Shown here: positions 37,101 through 49,855 of the stretch, in pieces
Position numbering within the stretch: position 1 is the first letter of the stretch
Layout of the letters: each line of letters begins with the position of its first letter
Source of the DNA: Azolla caroliniana
Lineage: Eukaryota > Plantae > Polypodiophyta
Length of the DNA stretch: 64,000 nucleotides
Assembly: GCA_043228905.1 (NCBI GenBank)
Contig: JBHGNT010000005.1
Location: 9,052,001 to 9,116,000 of the forward strand
Direction: 5' to 3'
Translations under genes and position numbers: made by a program
The notes under the pieces: model-generated
Told to the model about the DNA's origin: nothing
The model's input: only the letters and a program-made list of their open reading frames with translations
Databases searched by the model: none

Positions 37101-39549
37101 AAGGATTTAATTCTATCTATGGCAAATAATGCTTGGAAACAATGGGATATGCCGATCTCATGGAAAGAAGGTTTGGTCCAATTAATACCCAAAAAGAAAT
37201 TGTGTGAATCTTTTTTGGATTGGCGACCAATCATGCTCATGCCAGTGATCTATAAACTTATTGAAAAGATAATTGTTAATCGTATTAAGGACACTTTGTT
37301 GGGAGGCATCCACGTCAATCAGTACGGGTTCATTCCTCGAAGGCAAATTACAGATAATATTGCTAATGCCTATATTGGAATGGAGTATGCCAAATACACT
37401 AAACAACATGTATTGCTCATGCAAATTGACATTGAAAAGGCCTTTGACACCATCAAATGGGATTTTGTGGTAGCCACAATGGTCAAACTAGGATTTGGTC
37501 CGAACATGTCTCAAGTAATCTATTGGCTTTATGGGTCTAGCACATCTTCATGCATTATTGAGGGTGAATTGACAGATTCATGGAGCTTAGAAAAATCAGT
37601 ACGACAAGGTTGTCCTATAAGTGCATTGTTGTATGCAATCGCAACTCATCCACTACTATTGTATATGGATCATCTAGTATTAATTGGTCAACTTCACGGT
37701 TTGCAAATGAAAGACGTACATGATTTCGTGGCTTAGGCATATGTAGATGATACATCATTCCTGCCACAAAACAATCCAAATGATATAAGGGTGATTATGG
37801 ATGCCCTCCAATTGTATGGATTAGTTGTTGGATTGCATGTTAACTTCAACAAGTCCAAACTTCTACCCTTGACACCATATAGTTGGCATCAACTTTTATG
37901 GCTAGGTCAAGTTGTTAACCCAAATGAAATGGTTAGACATCTTGGCTATCCATTAGGATGGAATGCAACAGGGAAAAGAAAGGTTGAATGGGTTCTACAA
38001 AAAGTGAGACAAAAGCTAAGCTATTGGAAGATTGCAACATGCCCACTCCATGTCAGATTGCAGATAGTGCAATCTATATTCATGGCTTACATGCAGTATT
38101 ACGTAATTATGATTGATAGGCCAAAACACATGATACAAAGGATTAACTCAGAAATCATAAGTAGCTTTTGGTGCTCTAAGCAATCGCATAGAGGTATACG
38201 ACTCCTATCACTAGAGAAGATATGCACCCCACGATTGAGTGGAGGGCTAAATATTCTTAATTTGCATTTGTATATGTTGGCTAGAAAAGCTACTTTATTG
38301 CCAAAATTTGCTAAAAAAACATTGCCTTGGGCAAGAATGCTATTTGATATGTTTGATAATTTGAAAACCAAGTCATTTGGCTCATGGGATACTAACCATT
38401 GGGATGTAGTGTTTGGAAAGCTTGACGGGCACATCAAAGTTTTGTCCGTTTAGCGCAAAGCTTCTAAAGCACTGGAAGGAAGTATTGCACCATATAAAAT
38501 GGAGAGGTAGGAATTCAGAATCAAGGAACTCTTTACGCCTCGAAAGCTTACGCTGGAGTGCTATATTCCCACAGTCACTAGTTGAACAAGAGCCTAGGAA
38601 AGCTTATTTTTTAGCAAAGAAGGGGTTGAAATCAATTGTAGATGTGGTAAATGACCAAGGTCACTTATTGCACTTCAATGACATGACATGTCATTATAGT
38701 CTTGGGCCACATCATTGTGTTATTTGGAATCAAGTCACAGAGTTGGTACTTTCCTTATTACTTGTGCCACCTCTAGATGGAGATTGCAGGATTCATGATT
38801 GGATGTTACAAAAAGGGAACATTGTTATTCCAATGTATAACATTAGAACACATTCAGTGTATATGTTGTTGCAACTTGTCCCATGGTTTCATGAACATGC
38901 AAATGCATTATGGAACCTACACAAAACACAATCCTAGTGGAAGAACAGACTTACAAGCTTATGGAGCTCCGGTCTTCCACTTAAGCAATGAGTATTCCTA
39001 TGGAGATGCCTATTGGGTGTGCTCCCGACTGGGTCGAATCTTCAAAAGAGATAGATAGTCTCACCACATTGTGCAAGCTGTGGTGGATGATTGGAAACGA
39101 TCCCACACTTATTATGGACTTGCTCATTCACTACAACATTTGTACAAAGACTAAGTGTATCTCTTTATCACAGATTTCCTGGCCGAAGGTTTGGTAAACA
39201 CTTTTGGCTATTTGGACAAATTGTGTGCGCCCTATCCAACAATGCCTATTTTCTCCAATGGACACGATTTTGGGCACTATGGACCATTTGGACAGCCCGC
39301 AATAATAAGGTCTTTGATCAAAACCAACTGCATGAAGTTAGCTTTTTTAAGCAATCCCTTAGGCAATCTCTATTTGATTGTCTGCAACTTAGAGACGTCA
39401 CACTACAAATTTACAATCTTTACTTTGAGTGCTTTTAAGATCTTTAGTGTCTAATTGACACTTCTATATTTTTCTTTATTTTTTGTGGGTTTTCACCTCA
39501 CTTTGAGGTTTCCCACTGGTAATAAAAGTGTTACTAAAAAATAATCATA
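34153..39549 (+). mobile_element. LINE (L1-like), near full length, pseudogenised
   Basis: ORF1 fragment with CYTCNKFGHMQSEC (34671-35294); AP endonuclease (CVSFN.., GDFN, RLDR, SDH); RT (DWRPI, DIEKAFD, VRQGCP, A*AYVDD); C-terminal zinc-binding region; AATAAA and an A-rich end; candidate TSD AATCAAAGA at 34144-34152 and 39550-39558. Confidence 0.88.
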
Positions 39550-40613
39550 AATCAAAGAAAAGGCAAAGGCATAGAGCCCATTAGCGTGATTAGCGTGCAT
39601 CCCTCACATACTTACATTATGACAATAAGAGAACGTAGATAGATTTTACAACTTTATTATGGGATGAATGACTATATATGATACATGGACACCAATTATA
39701 TATAACCACATAATTGGGCTTGCAATGTGAATTTAAAACATCAAGCACTATGTACAGTTCTAGAGCATAATGTGATTCTAGAGATGTTTCATCTCCTCGT
39801 ATGGGCATGATTTCCATTATCAAGAATCAAAGAAAATGCATGGGCATTAATCATATGGTCACAAAATTATTGGGTTTCGCAATGTAAATTCTAAGATTAA
39901 TCAAGTTTGATGCCGGTTTTTATTGCCCATTTGGGAGGCTAGTTGTATAAAAGAGTATAACTAGAAGATAAACATGTAAAAAGGGAAATAATGTATCATT
40001 TTTGGCACTAATAGGGATTGCCTCAACTAGAAATACCCTCTCATGATGACTAGTGACCACCCTTGGTAATAAGTTGAAGTGGACTTCCATGATTGGTGAC
40101 ACCCTTTGCAATAGACAATTAAAAGTTCAAGAATAGTTTATTGGCCATCTATTAATATTATTCGCAATTATCTCTTAGTTTAAAGAAGGTAGATGAATTA
40201 CACAAGATGATTTATGAACACTTTTACGAGGGATTCTTCAGATAAACGTATGGTTTCATTGTTGACGGTGATTATATTGTTCATTACCAAGAAGGCCAAG
40301 TTGATTGTAGTAGCTTTGTAATTTGGGTACTCTAGAAAGAGATCCTTTTACATTTTTACGATGTTCAGATTGACAACAGTTTTGAATTGGAATGAAAGTT
40401 ATATTCATTTAGCACGGGAGGAAGCAAATATTGGTGAATTAACAACATCTCATTAGAGAGAGATAAGAGGATTTAAGATAGATCATAACATTTTGATCTC
40501 AAGATTGTGAGAGGGACACATTTTGAGCTCTCAAGATTAGTGTATCGTGTGATCATGTACCTATCAAATACAACACTACAATCTTCAAGATTGTGAGGAA
40601 AGGAGGGCATTTG

Positions 40614-41079
40614 TAACAATCAGCAACAGTTCGGTTTGAACCGAACCGAACCGTGAAACCGCGGTTTAACGGTTTCAACAGTTCGGTTCAGGTTTGGGTT
40701 TTTTAAAACTGTTCGGTTCTGCTCGGTTTCAACAGTAAAAAACCGCGGTTTAAACGGTTTAACGGTTTTTGTTTTTTTTTTAATTGTAAAAATTTTAAAT
40801 TTTGTTTTTAAACAATCTTTTCATTTTTAGACCTTATTCTCACATTTTAGGAACATCTTAAAAAAAAATTAAATTTTAAAAAATAAAAAATAAAAAATTT
40901 GACCTATGTTGAAAATCGAAACCGAACCACGAAACCACGGTTTTTATGGTTTAATGGTTTAATGGTTTAACGGTTTGAAAAATGTTTAACGGTTTGGTTC
41001 GGTTTGGTTCAGGTTTCAAAACAATTTAACGGTTCAGTTTGGACCCTCTCAAACCAAACCAAACCGTTGCCGATTGTTA
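40614..41079. mobile_element. hAT-type MITE, 466 bp
   Basis: 14-bp TIRs TAACAATCAGCAAC / GTTGCCGATTGTTA; perfect 8-bp TSD GGCATTTG; many AAACCG subterminal motifs. Confidence 0.92.
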
Positions 41080-42221
41080 GGCATTTGTATTCTCTCTTCT
41101 AGAATGATCGATTTATTATATATATATATGTCCCTGTGCACATTTTATTATACAAAACATGAATATTATAGTCATAAGGCTAAAAAGCTAGACAGGTGTA
41201 TGGCCAAAGGGATTGTGTGAAACCTTATCGTCAATGTAATCCTTGCGACGAATTGTGGTGAGGAACATGATAAGTAGTCGATTGTCGTCATCATCAAGTA
41301 TATATATATATATATAATTATATAACTATATATAGTTAGTATCCAGAATGAAACAAACGTTACACATGTTGTCGACACAATGTAATTTCATCGGAACATA
41401 GATAACGTTTGACACGTGTCGATGTGTAAGAGGCGAGCTTGAGAGCCTGTTGGTCCATGTGTGGGACCCCCCTCCCCTACACAAATATAAATTATAATTA
41501 TATATGTATGTATGTATGTATTGGCCCCTCCTCTTTTTGGCTCATGTTTGTGTGCATTTTATACAAAACAAAAGAAAGATGAGAAGACTCATCTGAGTCC
41601 ACACAAAAATTCTATCTTTCCTTTCATGCTGTTATATGCTCTTTTCTTCTGCCCTCATTTCCTTGTATGTTGTTTGGATCAAAGCACACGCACACAGCGA
41701 CAGAGATCAACAGATCGATCGATAGATAGATACTAGATAGAGAGCGAGAGGTATGTGTATCTCTGTTTCTTTGTATTGTTTATGCATACTCTGATTTTGT
41801 TTTCTGCGTATGCTTGTTGAATACCCTGTTTCTTCTGCATATACCCCATGAATTCTTTTTCCTTCGTTCTATATATGCTTGTTGAATTCCCTGCTTTCTT
41901 TGTTGATTTGATGAATAAACTATTTTTTGTGTATATCTGATGAAGAATATGTTCCTTATTGTACCTGATTGTTTCTCTGTTTCTGTGAATAACTAATGAA
42001 ATACATCCCTTCGATCTAACCCGATAAATTCTCTGTTCCATGTATGACTGGCCTAGCAGCTGTTTCTCTGTCTATACCTCATTAATACTCTGTTTCTCTG
42101 TTATAACTGATTACATTTAATGATCCGAGTTGACGAAATTCTAATATTTAAAGTCTCATGCTTTAGGGGGAAAAACCATTTGCAGCATCATGATTTAATG
42201 AGGACCCATTTTTATTGCTGC

Positions 42222-42252
<31 letters not shown>

Positions 42253-42592
42253 AGGAAAATCTTAGAATATCATGTCTTTAGGAAAACAATTATTTATTTT
42301 TATTGTTTTAAGGCTTTTTACATCTGCAAAATCTTGATTTACTTCTTGCCTTCTTATTTATTCGCAGTTACTGCCTCAAGCGACGAAAATTCACAAGAAT
42401 CCAAATTCAAGTTTTGCTGGCAAATCAGACAAGTTTGAATGCAAGAAGTGACTTTGTTTATCATTATATATAGAAAGACAATAGGAAGAAGGAAACAACA
42501 TTAAGAAGAGAAGGGTTCAATCCATACCGGCATCTAAAGAAAATTGGATATTTATACCTAAAAAAGGTCAATCTTTATGAAGGATTGCTGAG

Positions 42593-43933
42593 ATGAACTC
42601 AAGCGGGTTTAACCTGCCTAAAGGAACATCAGTAGCTTTCAATTTTCGGGCTGAATTAGATTCGCCATCACATCATGGTTTAAGTATAAAACCCGGATGT
42701 GTATTCGATCTAGGTAGTCAATGGAACATCTCTGGTGCATTGAATTTTGATTTACAAATTCATGTCAAAGACAACACCCCTTCATCATCTCACCTTAAAT
42801 ATAAGAAGAGCCTAACATGCTCTTCTCACTTGAGCGAGAAGGTGCCATCCATTTTTCCAGTGAAGTTGAGCTCATACGTTAAGGAATGGATTGGGCAAAT
42901 TTTTAGCAGTGAAAATCAAGGACATGGATCTAAACCAGGCAATGAAATTGGAGAAGATGTGCAAGCGAGTAGGTTTAGATCATTTTTGCTTGAATATGAC
43001 AATAATGGCGCTTTACCCACATTTACCATGAAGCCTCTTGAGCACAATAAAGGTTCATTATCTCCTTATGAAGATCCTAAGACTCATGTTCTTAATGCAG
43101 AAACAATGGGGGAAAGGCCACTAGTTTCGGATACACCATCAGCCAGAGCATTGGAGAGCGCAACATTTTTTGATGTGCTACAAAATAACCTTTCACAAGA
43201 GGCCAAGCTAGCTGAGCTTTTTACTTATGATTTATGTCCAAAGAAGAGAGAAAGGGATGACTTGGAAACAATGAACAGATTTCGATCGCCTGATGCTCTT
43301 GCATCATGGCTAAATGATAGGTTACCGTCAGGTGTTTCTCATTGGGGAACAGCTCCGGGTACCAAGAGGGTAGCTAATCTATGGATGGAGCTAATAGAAG
43401 GTGAAATTGTGCTTGAAGATGCCCACCCACCTAGGAGAACTGTCCATGTTGCAAGTGTTCATATAAAAAATGATGCTGGGCATGTGCTCGTTGAAGCTCA
43501 TCAAGAGATGGCTGATGGAAGCATCAGGCATCGAAATCGACCATTATCTGAGAAAATGAGACCGGGTGAAGATGTGGAGACTGCCTGCTTTCGTGGCATT
43601 TCTGAAGAGTTGGGTTGTCAATTAGGTTGCAAAAGTAGAGTGAAGATCGTACCGGATTCATATAGACAAAAACTAGAGGAAAGGGAATCTTTGTCTTATC
43701 CGGGTCTCTTAACATCTTATATCATACATTCCATTGATGTTACTATAAAGGATTTGCCTGATACTGGATTTTACACAGTCGAAGATGAAATGGCCTCAAA
43801 ACAAATCGATGAGACTCCCCCACTTTCCTTACTTAGTTCTGTTGTCTCTCCTAATGGGACGGATGGCAAAAATAATAACATTGCTGTGGGCGTGAAGAAA
43901 CACTTTTGGAGATGGGTTCCTCAACATCTTTGA
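42593..43933 (+). CDS. Uncharacterised plant protein with a C-terminal Nudix-fold-like domain, 446 aa, CDS without introns
   Basis: Long ORF in non-TE sequence; degenerate Nudix box EKMRPGEDVETACFRGISEELG; probable 5' UTR intron 41751-42367 (GTATG...TTCGCAG). Confidence 0.75.
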   Translation: MNSSGFNLPKGTSVAFNFRAELDSPSHHGLSIKPGCVFDLGSQWNISGALNFDLQIHVKDNTPSSSHLKYKKSLTCSSHLSEKVPSIFPVKLSSYVKEWIGQIFSSENQGHGSKPGNEIGEDVQASRFRSFLLEYDNNGALPTFTMKPLEHNKGSLSPYEDPKTHVLNAETMGERPLVSDTPSARALESATFFDVLQNNLSQEAKLAELFTYDLCPKKRERDDLETMNRFRSPDALASWLNDRLPSGVSHWGTAPGTKRVANLWMELIEGEIVLEDAHPPRRTVHVASVHIKNDAGHVLVEAHQEMADGSIRHRNRPLSEKMRPGEDVETACFRGISEELGCQLGCKSRVKIVPDSYRQKLEERESLSYPGLLTSYIIHSIDVTIKDLPDTGFYTVEDEMASKQIDETPPLSLLSSVVSPNGTDGKNNNIAVGVKKHFWRWVPQHL

Positions 43934-45002
43934 TTGTAACTTTTCTTGGTTCAGTGGACAATTATTCGGTTTTGCAACGCTCAAATCTCGTGCGGTACTT
44001 GCCAACTAATATAAATATATATAAAGTATTCTTCTTCTTCATTATGGGTGGTTGTCATCTGTATATAGATATTATTTTGGACACCATTCATGTCCCATAC
44101 ACATCACAAATCTTCTTCAATTTTAATCGTAAACTTGAAAAGCTTACAGCTTCATTTGTCATTCTGTTTGATGCTTTCTCAGAACCGCAATACAAAATAT
44201 AGGTTCTCAAAATTACAGATTTTGTGAATGGGCCACTCAGTTATAGGTTCATAAACGAGCCATTGTCATAGACACAATTTGGTCTTCTCTCAATGTTTTT
44301 CTTGGCACTGCCATGGTAAATGTCTGGTTAAAAATAGAATGTTTCCAAAGGGTAGATGTTTTCAAACAAACACATGCATAAATTTTGCTTAGTTCGGTGA
44401 CCGCCTCATTATTATTACTGCTGTAGTTTTTACAATTCAAGTACTTGAATTGTTACAATAACAAAGTGATAGTATTTGGAGGCTATCTTTTAGACACGAG
44501 ATGATGTTATCAATAGCATGAAAGAGAAATCAAAGAGATTGATAGCCTCAAGAGGTCCAACTATATAATCTTCTAAAAGATTACATGGATTTTCTAGGTT
44601 TGAGCCCCCCATTTTTCATTATTAAGGTGAAGACTTGGGTGTAAAATACAACTCACAAATTTAGATTGATTGTGGTAAACTTGTGATTACAGGTTTTGTG
44701 CGGTCAGGCTTCAATCAGTGAGCATTATGTTGTTGACATGTAAATGCCATGTCACCTATTCTCTAATGGGCCCTTCACATCTAAGTGTGTGAGAAAGTTA
44801 CGAGGTAGTTTGACCTATGATTTAAGTAGTGTGTAGTATGGCAATCTATCCTGTCATCTGTTCTCTAGGGATCCTTTCACATTTAAGTGAGTAGGAAAGC
44901 TATGCAAATAGTTTGATGTATGATGTATGTAGTATGCAAAGGGATCCTCCCTATTCAAGTAGGAGACGTGTTCCACTGTCATTTGAAGAATGTGAAACGT
45001 TG

Positions 45003-46640
45003 AACTCTGCAATCGAGTTATCATTCCTATTTCTAAGGTGGTTGTGATAATGTTATGATGATTACTTCTAGGATGATTGTGACAATGTTATCTATGATAT
45101 AAGTAGTGTAATGTGCAACATTCCATCCTCAGTAATCTGTAGCAGACAACATTGTATCCAAAGAATGCAAAACTCCTATTCTCAATTGGAGGCAGCTCCC
45201 TTGTTATTTGAAGGATGATGAGAGTTTTTTATTATGGTACATCAGGCATGCCTCCTGCACTTGTAGGAATTTTTGGGTCTTGGATTTTGCTTTCCATCTT
45301 ATCCAAATGTTTCTTGAACGACTTGGAGATCAGCATTCCATTCTGAACTTGCTTTTGTGACTTGGAACCTTGAACCTGGTTTCCTTATCAATGATTTGGG
45401 CAGCTAAATCACAAGACAATGTAGATATCTGTGTAGACCTGTAATATAAGTGTGAATCCAAGGAACATTCGGAAATATGTAAAATAGTGAACGAATAATA
45501 ATGATGGCTTAAGTAAATTAGGGAGAGAAAGTTGGGCCATTATGTCTTCAGCTCAGTTATTTTACATTTAACAATCTGGTAGTGTAAAAACACTATCACG
45601 CATATATTCATGCAAATCCGTACATCAATCACAAGCTCTCCATGTAAAACTCTGATTTCATGTCAATAAATAATGACGAGCCACTGGACATTGTAATTTG
45701 TAAGTCCACAAGTGTAGGGAAAGTGCTAGTAGCGAAACTCTGCAATTGAAGAGATAATTCTTATTTCCAGGGTGGTTGTGATAATGTTATAAATTATAAT
45801 GCTTACTTCAAGGATGGTTGTAATAATGTTATCTATGATAGAAGTTGTGTAATGTGCAACATTCCATACTCAGTACTGTAGCAGGCAACATTGAAGGGCA
45901 TCCCTCCTGCACTTGTAGGGTGGTTGTGATAATGTTATAAATTATAATGCTTACATCAAGGATGGTTGTGATAATGTTATCTATGATAGAAGTTGAGTAA
46001 TGTGCAACATTCCATACTCAGTACTGTAGCGGGCAACATTGAAGAATGCAAAACTCCTATTCTCAATTGGAGGCAGCTCCCTTGTTATTTGAAGGATGCT
46101 AGTTTTTTGTTATGGTATACCAGGCATCCCTCCTGCACTTGTAGGAATTTTTGGGTCTTAGATTTTGCTTTCTATCTTATCCGAATATTTCTTGAACTTG
46201 GAGAAAAGATCAGCATTCCATTCCGAACTTGCTTTTGTGACTTGGAACCTTGAACCTGATTTCCTTATCAATGATTTGGGGAGCTAAATCACAAGACAAA
46301 ATGTAGATAATCCGTGGAGACCTGTGATATACATTTGAATCCAACAAACATTTTTAAACATTTAAAATAGTAAACGAATAATAAAAAGATGGCTTGAGTA
46401 AATTAGGCAGAGAAACTTGAGCCGTTTAGTGTTCAGCTCAGTTATTTTACATATCTGGTAGTTTAAAAACATTAACATGCATATAATCATGCAAATCCGT
46501 GCATCAATCACAAGCTGTCCATGTCAAAACTCCGATTTCATGTCAATAAATAATGACGAGAGTGCCATGAGATGTTGCAATTTGTAAATATCCAAGACTA
46601 TGTAATTTGTAAATGTCCACAATTGTAGGGAAAATGCTAG
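45003..46640. repeat. Local tandem duplication (unit about 730 bp, with an extra internal duplication of about 150 bp) between the two convergent genes
   Basis: AACTCTGCAAT...GGTGGTTGTGATAATGTTAT begins at about 45003 and 45736, and the downstream sequence is co-linear in both copies. Confidence 0.8.
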
Positions 46641-46770
46641 AGTGATCTCTTTTCACTCATGTAACACGTTTAAGACAGTTTCATGATGCACCCTTTGAAT
46701 ATGCAATCATGCACATACTACGGATTCTGTTCTCAGAGTCCTTTTTAGGTTATATTCCGCAATCCTAACA

Positions 46771-49089
46771 TTAAACATTCAAATGTTTCATAGCTGTCTG
46801 AACGTCCTTGTCTCCACGTCCACTGCAGTTAATAACCACCCTTGTTCCAGGTTTTAGAGTTGGGCACAATCTCTCCAAATATGCTAATGCATGTGATGTC
46901 TCCAAAGCTGGTATAATGCCTTCAAGCCTTGAAAGCTGCACAAAAGCTATGAATAAACCGAATCAAGATGTTAGAACTTAAAAAAGAAAAGCATCTAATG
47001 TTAGAACTTAAAAAAGAAAAGCATCTAACGTTATTATTCTTGGAGAGGAAAAGTGAATGAACGTTTTTCTTTAGTTTGCCTCCTTGAAATAAAAAAGTAC
47101 TTGATGCAAAAAAACATCACGGTTGAATATGAAGTTTCAGAAAAAGACCCTCGAATTTTCCAAACCCGAGTCTCTTTATCACACGCAAGACAAGACAATT
47201 CTCCTTTCCACTTCACTTATTTCTCTCATTCCTGTCATCTTGTCAGGACTAAATATGAAGCAAAAGGGCAATGGTATGTACCATAACATAAAAAGACAAG
47301 AAAAAGACATACCATTCAAAGCCTCTTCATCGGTAACACTATGGTATTCTGCTCGTCCCATATCCTTCAAAAAGCTATGCTCTGGTCCAACACCCGGATA
47401 ATCCAACCTGAACATCCCTTGCAAGTATTAGCCTCATCAATACATATAACGAAAACTATCATGGGAAACTGAAGGGTTTTATACTACATACCCTGCACTG
47501 ATCGAATGAGGCTCAATTATTTGACCATCATCATCTTGTAACAAGTAACTCATAGCACCATGCAGAACTCCCACTTCCCCTTTGGTTAGAGTAGCTGCAT
47601 GCTTTCCGCTATCTAATCCAAACCCTGCAGCTTCAACCCCAATCAACCGTACATCTTCGTCATCAACAAACTCATGAAACAGACCCATGGCATTTGAACC
47701 TCCCCCAACACAAGCAACAAGAACATCTGGCTTTCCTCCCCACTTCTCCAAAGCTTGTCGACGTGTCTCCTTACCAATAACAGCATGAAATTCCCTTACC
47801 AACATGGGATAAGGATGAGGTCCAGCAACAGACCCTAGGATGTAGTGCGTTGTTTCCACATTTGTCACCCAATCCCTTATAGCTTCAGAAGTGGCATCTT
47901 TCAATGTGGCAGTACCATGATGGACAGGGCGTACCTAAAGAAACCATTAACAAATAAAGAAAAAACATGATTATTTGCAAAAGGTGTGTTCACAAAGAAA
48001 GAAAACGGATATATACTACAAACTCTAAAGATCTCCATGGACTTTTTAGACATGTTGCAAAGTTGGAAACTGCTTATGTTAACTTGTCGAAGCTAGAAAC
48101 AATAGAAACTGATATCAAAAGACCTACCTCAGCTCCGAGAAGTTTCATCCGGAAAACGTTCAGAGACTGTCTTTCCATGTCTTGGGCACCCATGTAAATG
48201 ACACATTGTAGACCAAAGCGAGCACAGACAGTAGCAGTAGCAACGCCATGTTGTCCAGCACCTGTCTCTGCAATGATGCGCTTTTTTCCTAATTGTTTTG
48301 CCAGTAATGCTTGTCCAACTGCATTGTTTATCTTGTGTGCACCTGTATGGTTCAAATCCTCTCTTTTGAGGTAAATAAGAGGACCACCTTTCTCACCTTG
48401 GCCATAATGTTCTGTAAGCCTTTCAGCAAAGTATAAAGGTGTTTCTCTCCCCACATAATCTTTCAGAATGCCTGCGAGCTCATCCTGAAAGATAGTTACT
48501 GGAGTTAGAATAACATATCTGTAGGCCCTTTTCATTGAGAAGGACAAAAAAAATATTTACCTAATATCTCCATACATAATAGTAACATGCAACCAACGCA
48601 TTCTGTGTAATGCAAACTGTACCCACACGCATATGAACTATATTTGATTATAGATTGCAATGCATGCACATAGTTTGACCTCTTTATCTTCATGTGAGAC
48701 AAAAATTAACCTGATGTGCATATGTGTAGCATATAAATTTACCATGTACCAACACAGGTATGTATATTTGTACATAAGAACAGGCATTAAATGGTAAACT
48801 CATGTATGCTCTTCAAAACATTAGATTCCCTAAAATATGAACACATAAAATCAAGTTATAGTGCTTGAAAAAACAACTGTGAGCCCTGGTGGTAAGATGT
48901 TTCAAATACTGGAATTAATGGGGATTGATAAGACGCAAAGATAGAAGAATGCCTTGTGTATTACAACTAGAAAAATGCTGGTCAGCTACAAACATGAAAA
49001 GCAACATTTTGAAATCTGTGTGGTCAACTAAACCTCAGTTTAGAGGTATGTATATGCTTCCCTATGTAAAATTAGATTTTTTTGAGAGA

Positions 49090-49134
<45 letters not shown>

Positions 49135-49855
49135 GGTGGTTGGAATGTTAACAAATACCAAAGAAAATCCAGTGCATTGACCCCAAATTTCTCAAGAGAA
49201 TTGTATGGTAGTTGATCCTCTACATAAAACTAGATTTTCCAGAAATTTACATGCATAAAAACAGGTAAAGATCTCTGCTATTAAGCAGTTTTAGTGGTTA
49301 ATATCATAAATGTCTGAAACGGACGGATTCCAAAGGGATCAATCCAACCACAAAAATCACATATTGTATATAATGCTGCTTGAAAGATGATAAATTTCGT
49401 GTGCATATGGACAGCCATATATTTAGATAAATATACATACATATACATACATGTACAATATACATACATATACATACATACATATACATACATGTACAAT
49501 ATACATACATATACATATATACACACGTGTGTGCGCGCGCGCATACCTGGAAGGCCGAGTCTGCAGAGAGGGTTTGAAATGCAGTTTCGAGCTCGTCCAA
49601 AGCGGACATTAGGGTTTCAGGAACATATTTCCCACCGAAACGGCCAAAACGACCAAAAGAGTCGGGTCTCTGAACATCCTTGAGGGAGGGAAGAGCCGGC
49701 CCAGTGGATGTGATGGTGGAGTTGATGGGAGGGGACATGACACAGTAAACTCTGTTGAAGGCGTTGAGGGGGGAGGTCCGGGATAAGACAGGTCGGGAGG
49801 CGAGGGTGGGGAAGGCGGTGTGGGGGGGAGTGGAGGCGGAAGCTTTCAACGCCAT
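46771..49855 (-). CDS. TSB: Tryptophan synthase beta subunit, plastid-targeted, 459 aa; exons 49547-49855, 48128-48484, 47492-47934, 47313-47407, 46771-46946
   Basis: [18 protein letters not shown]-lysine motif [55 protein letters not shown]. All four introns are GT-AG and the exons join in frame (1380 nt). Ser/Pro/Thr-rich transit-like N-terminus. Confidence 0.95.

Noticed and set aside
33937-39830. LTR element enclosing the LINE ORFs
   Set aside because: The flanking repeats lack TG...CA ends, a PBS and a PPT, and the internal domains are non-LTR (AP endonuclease and RT).
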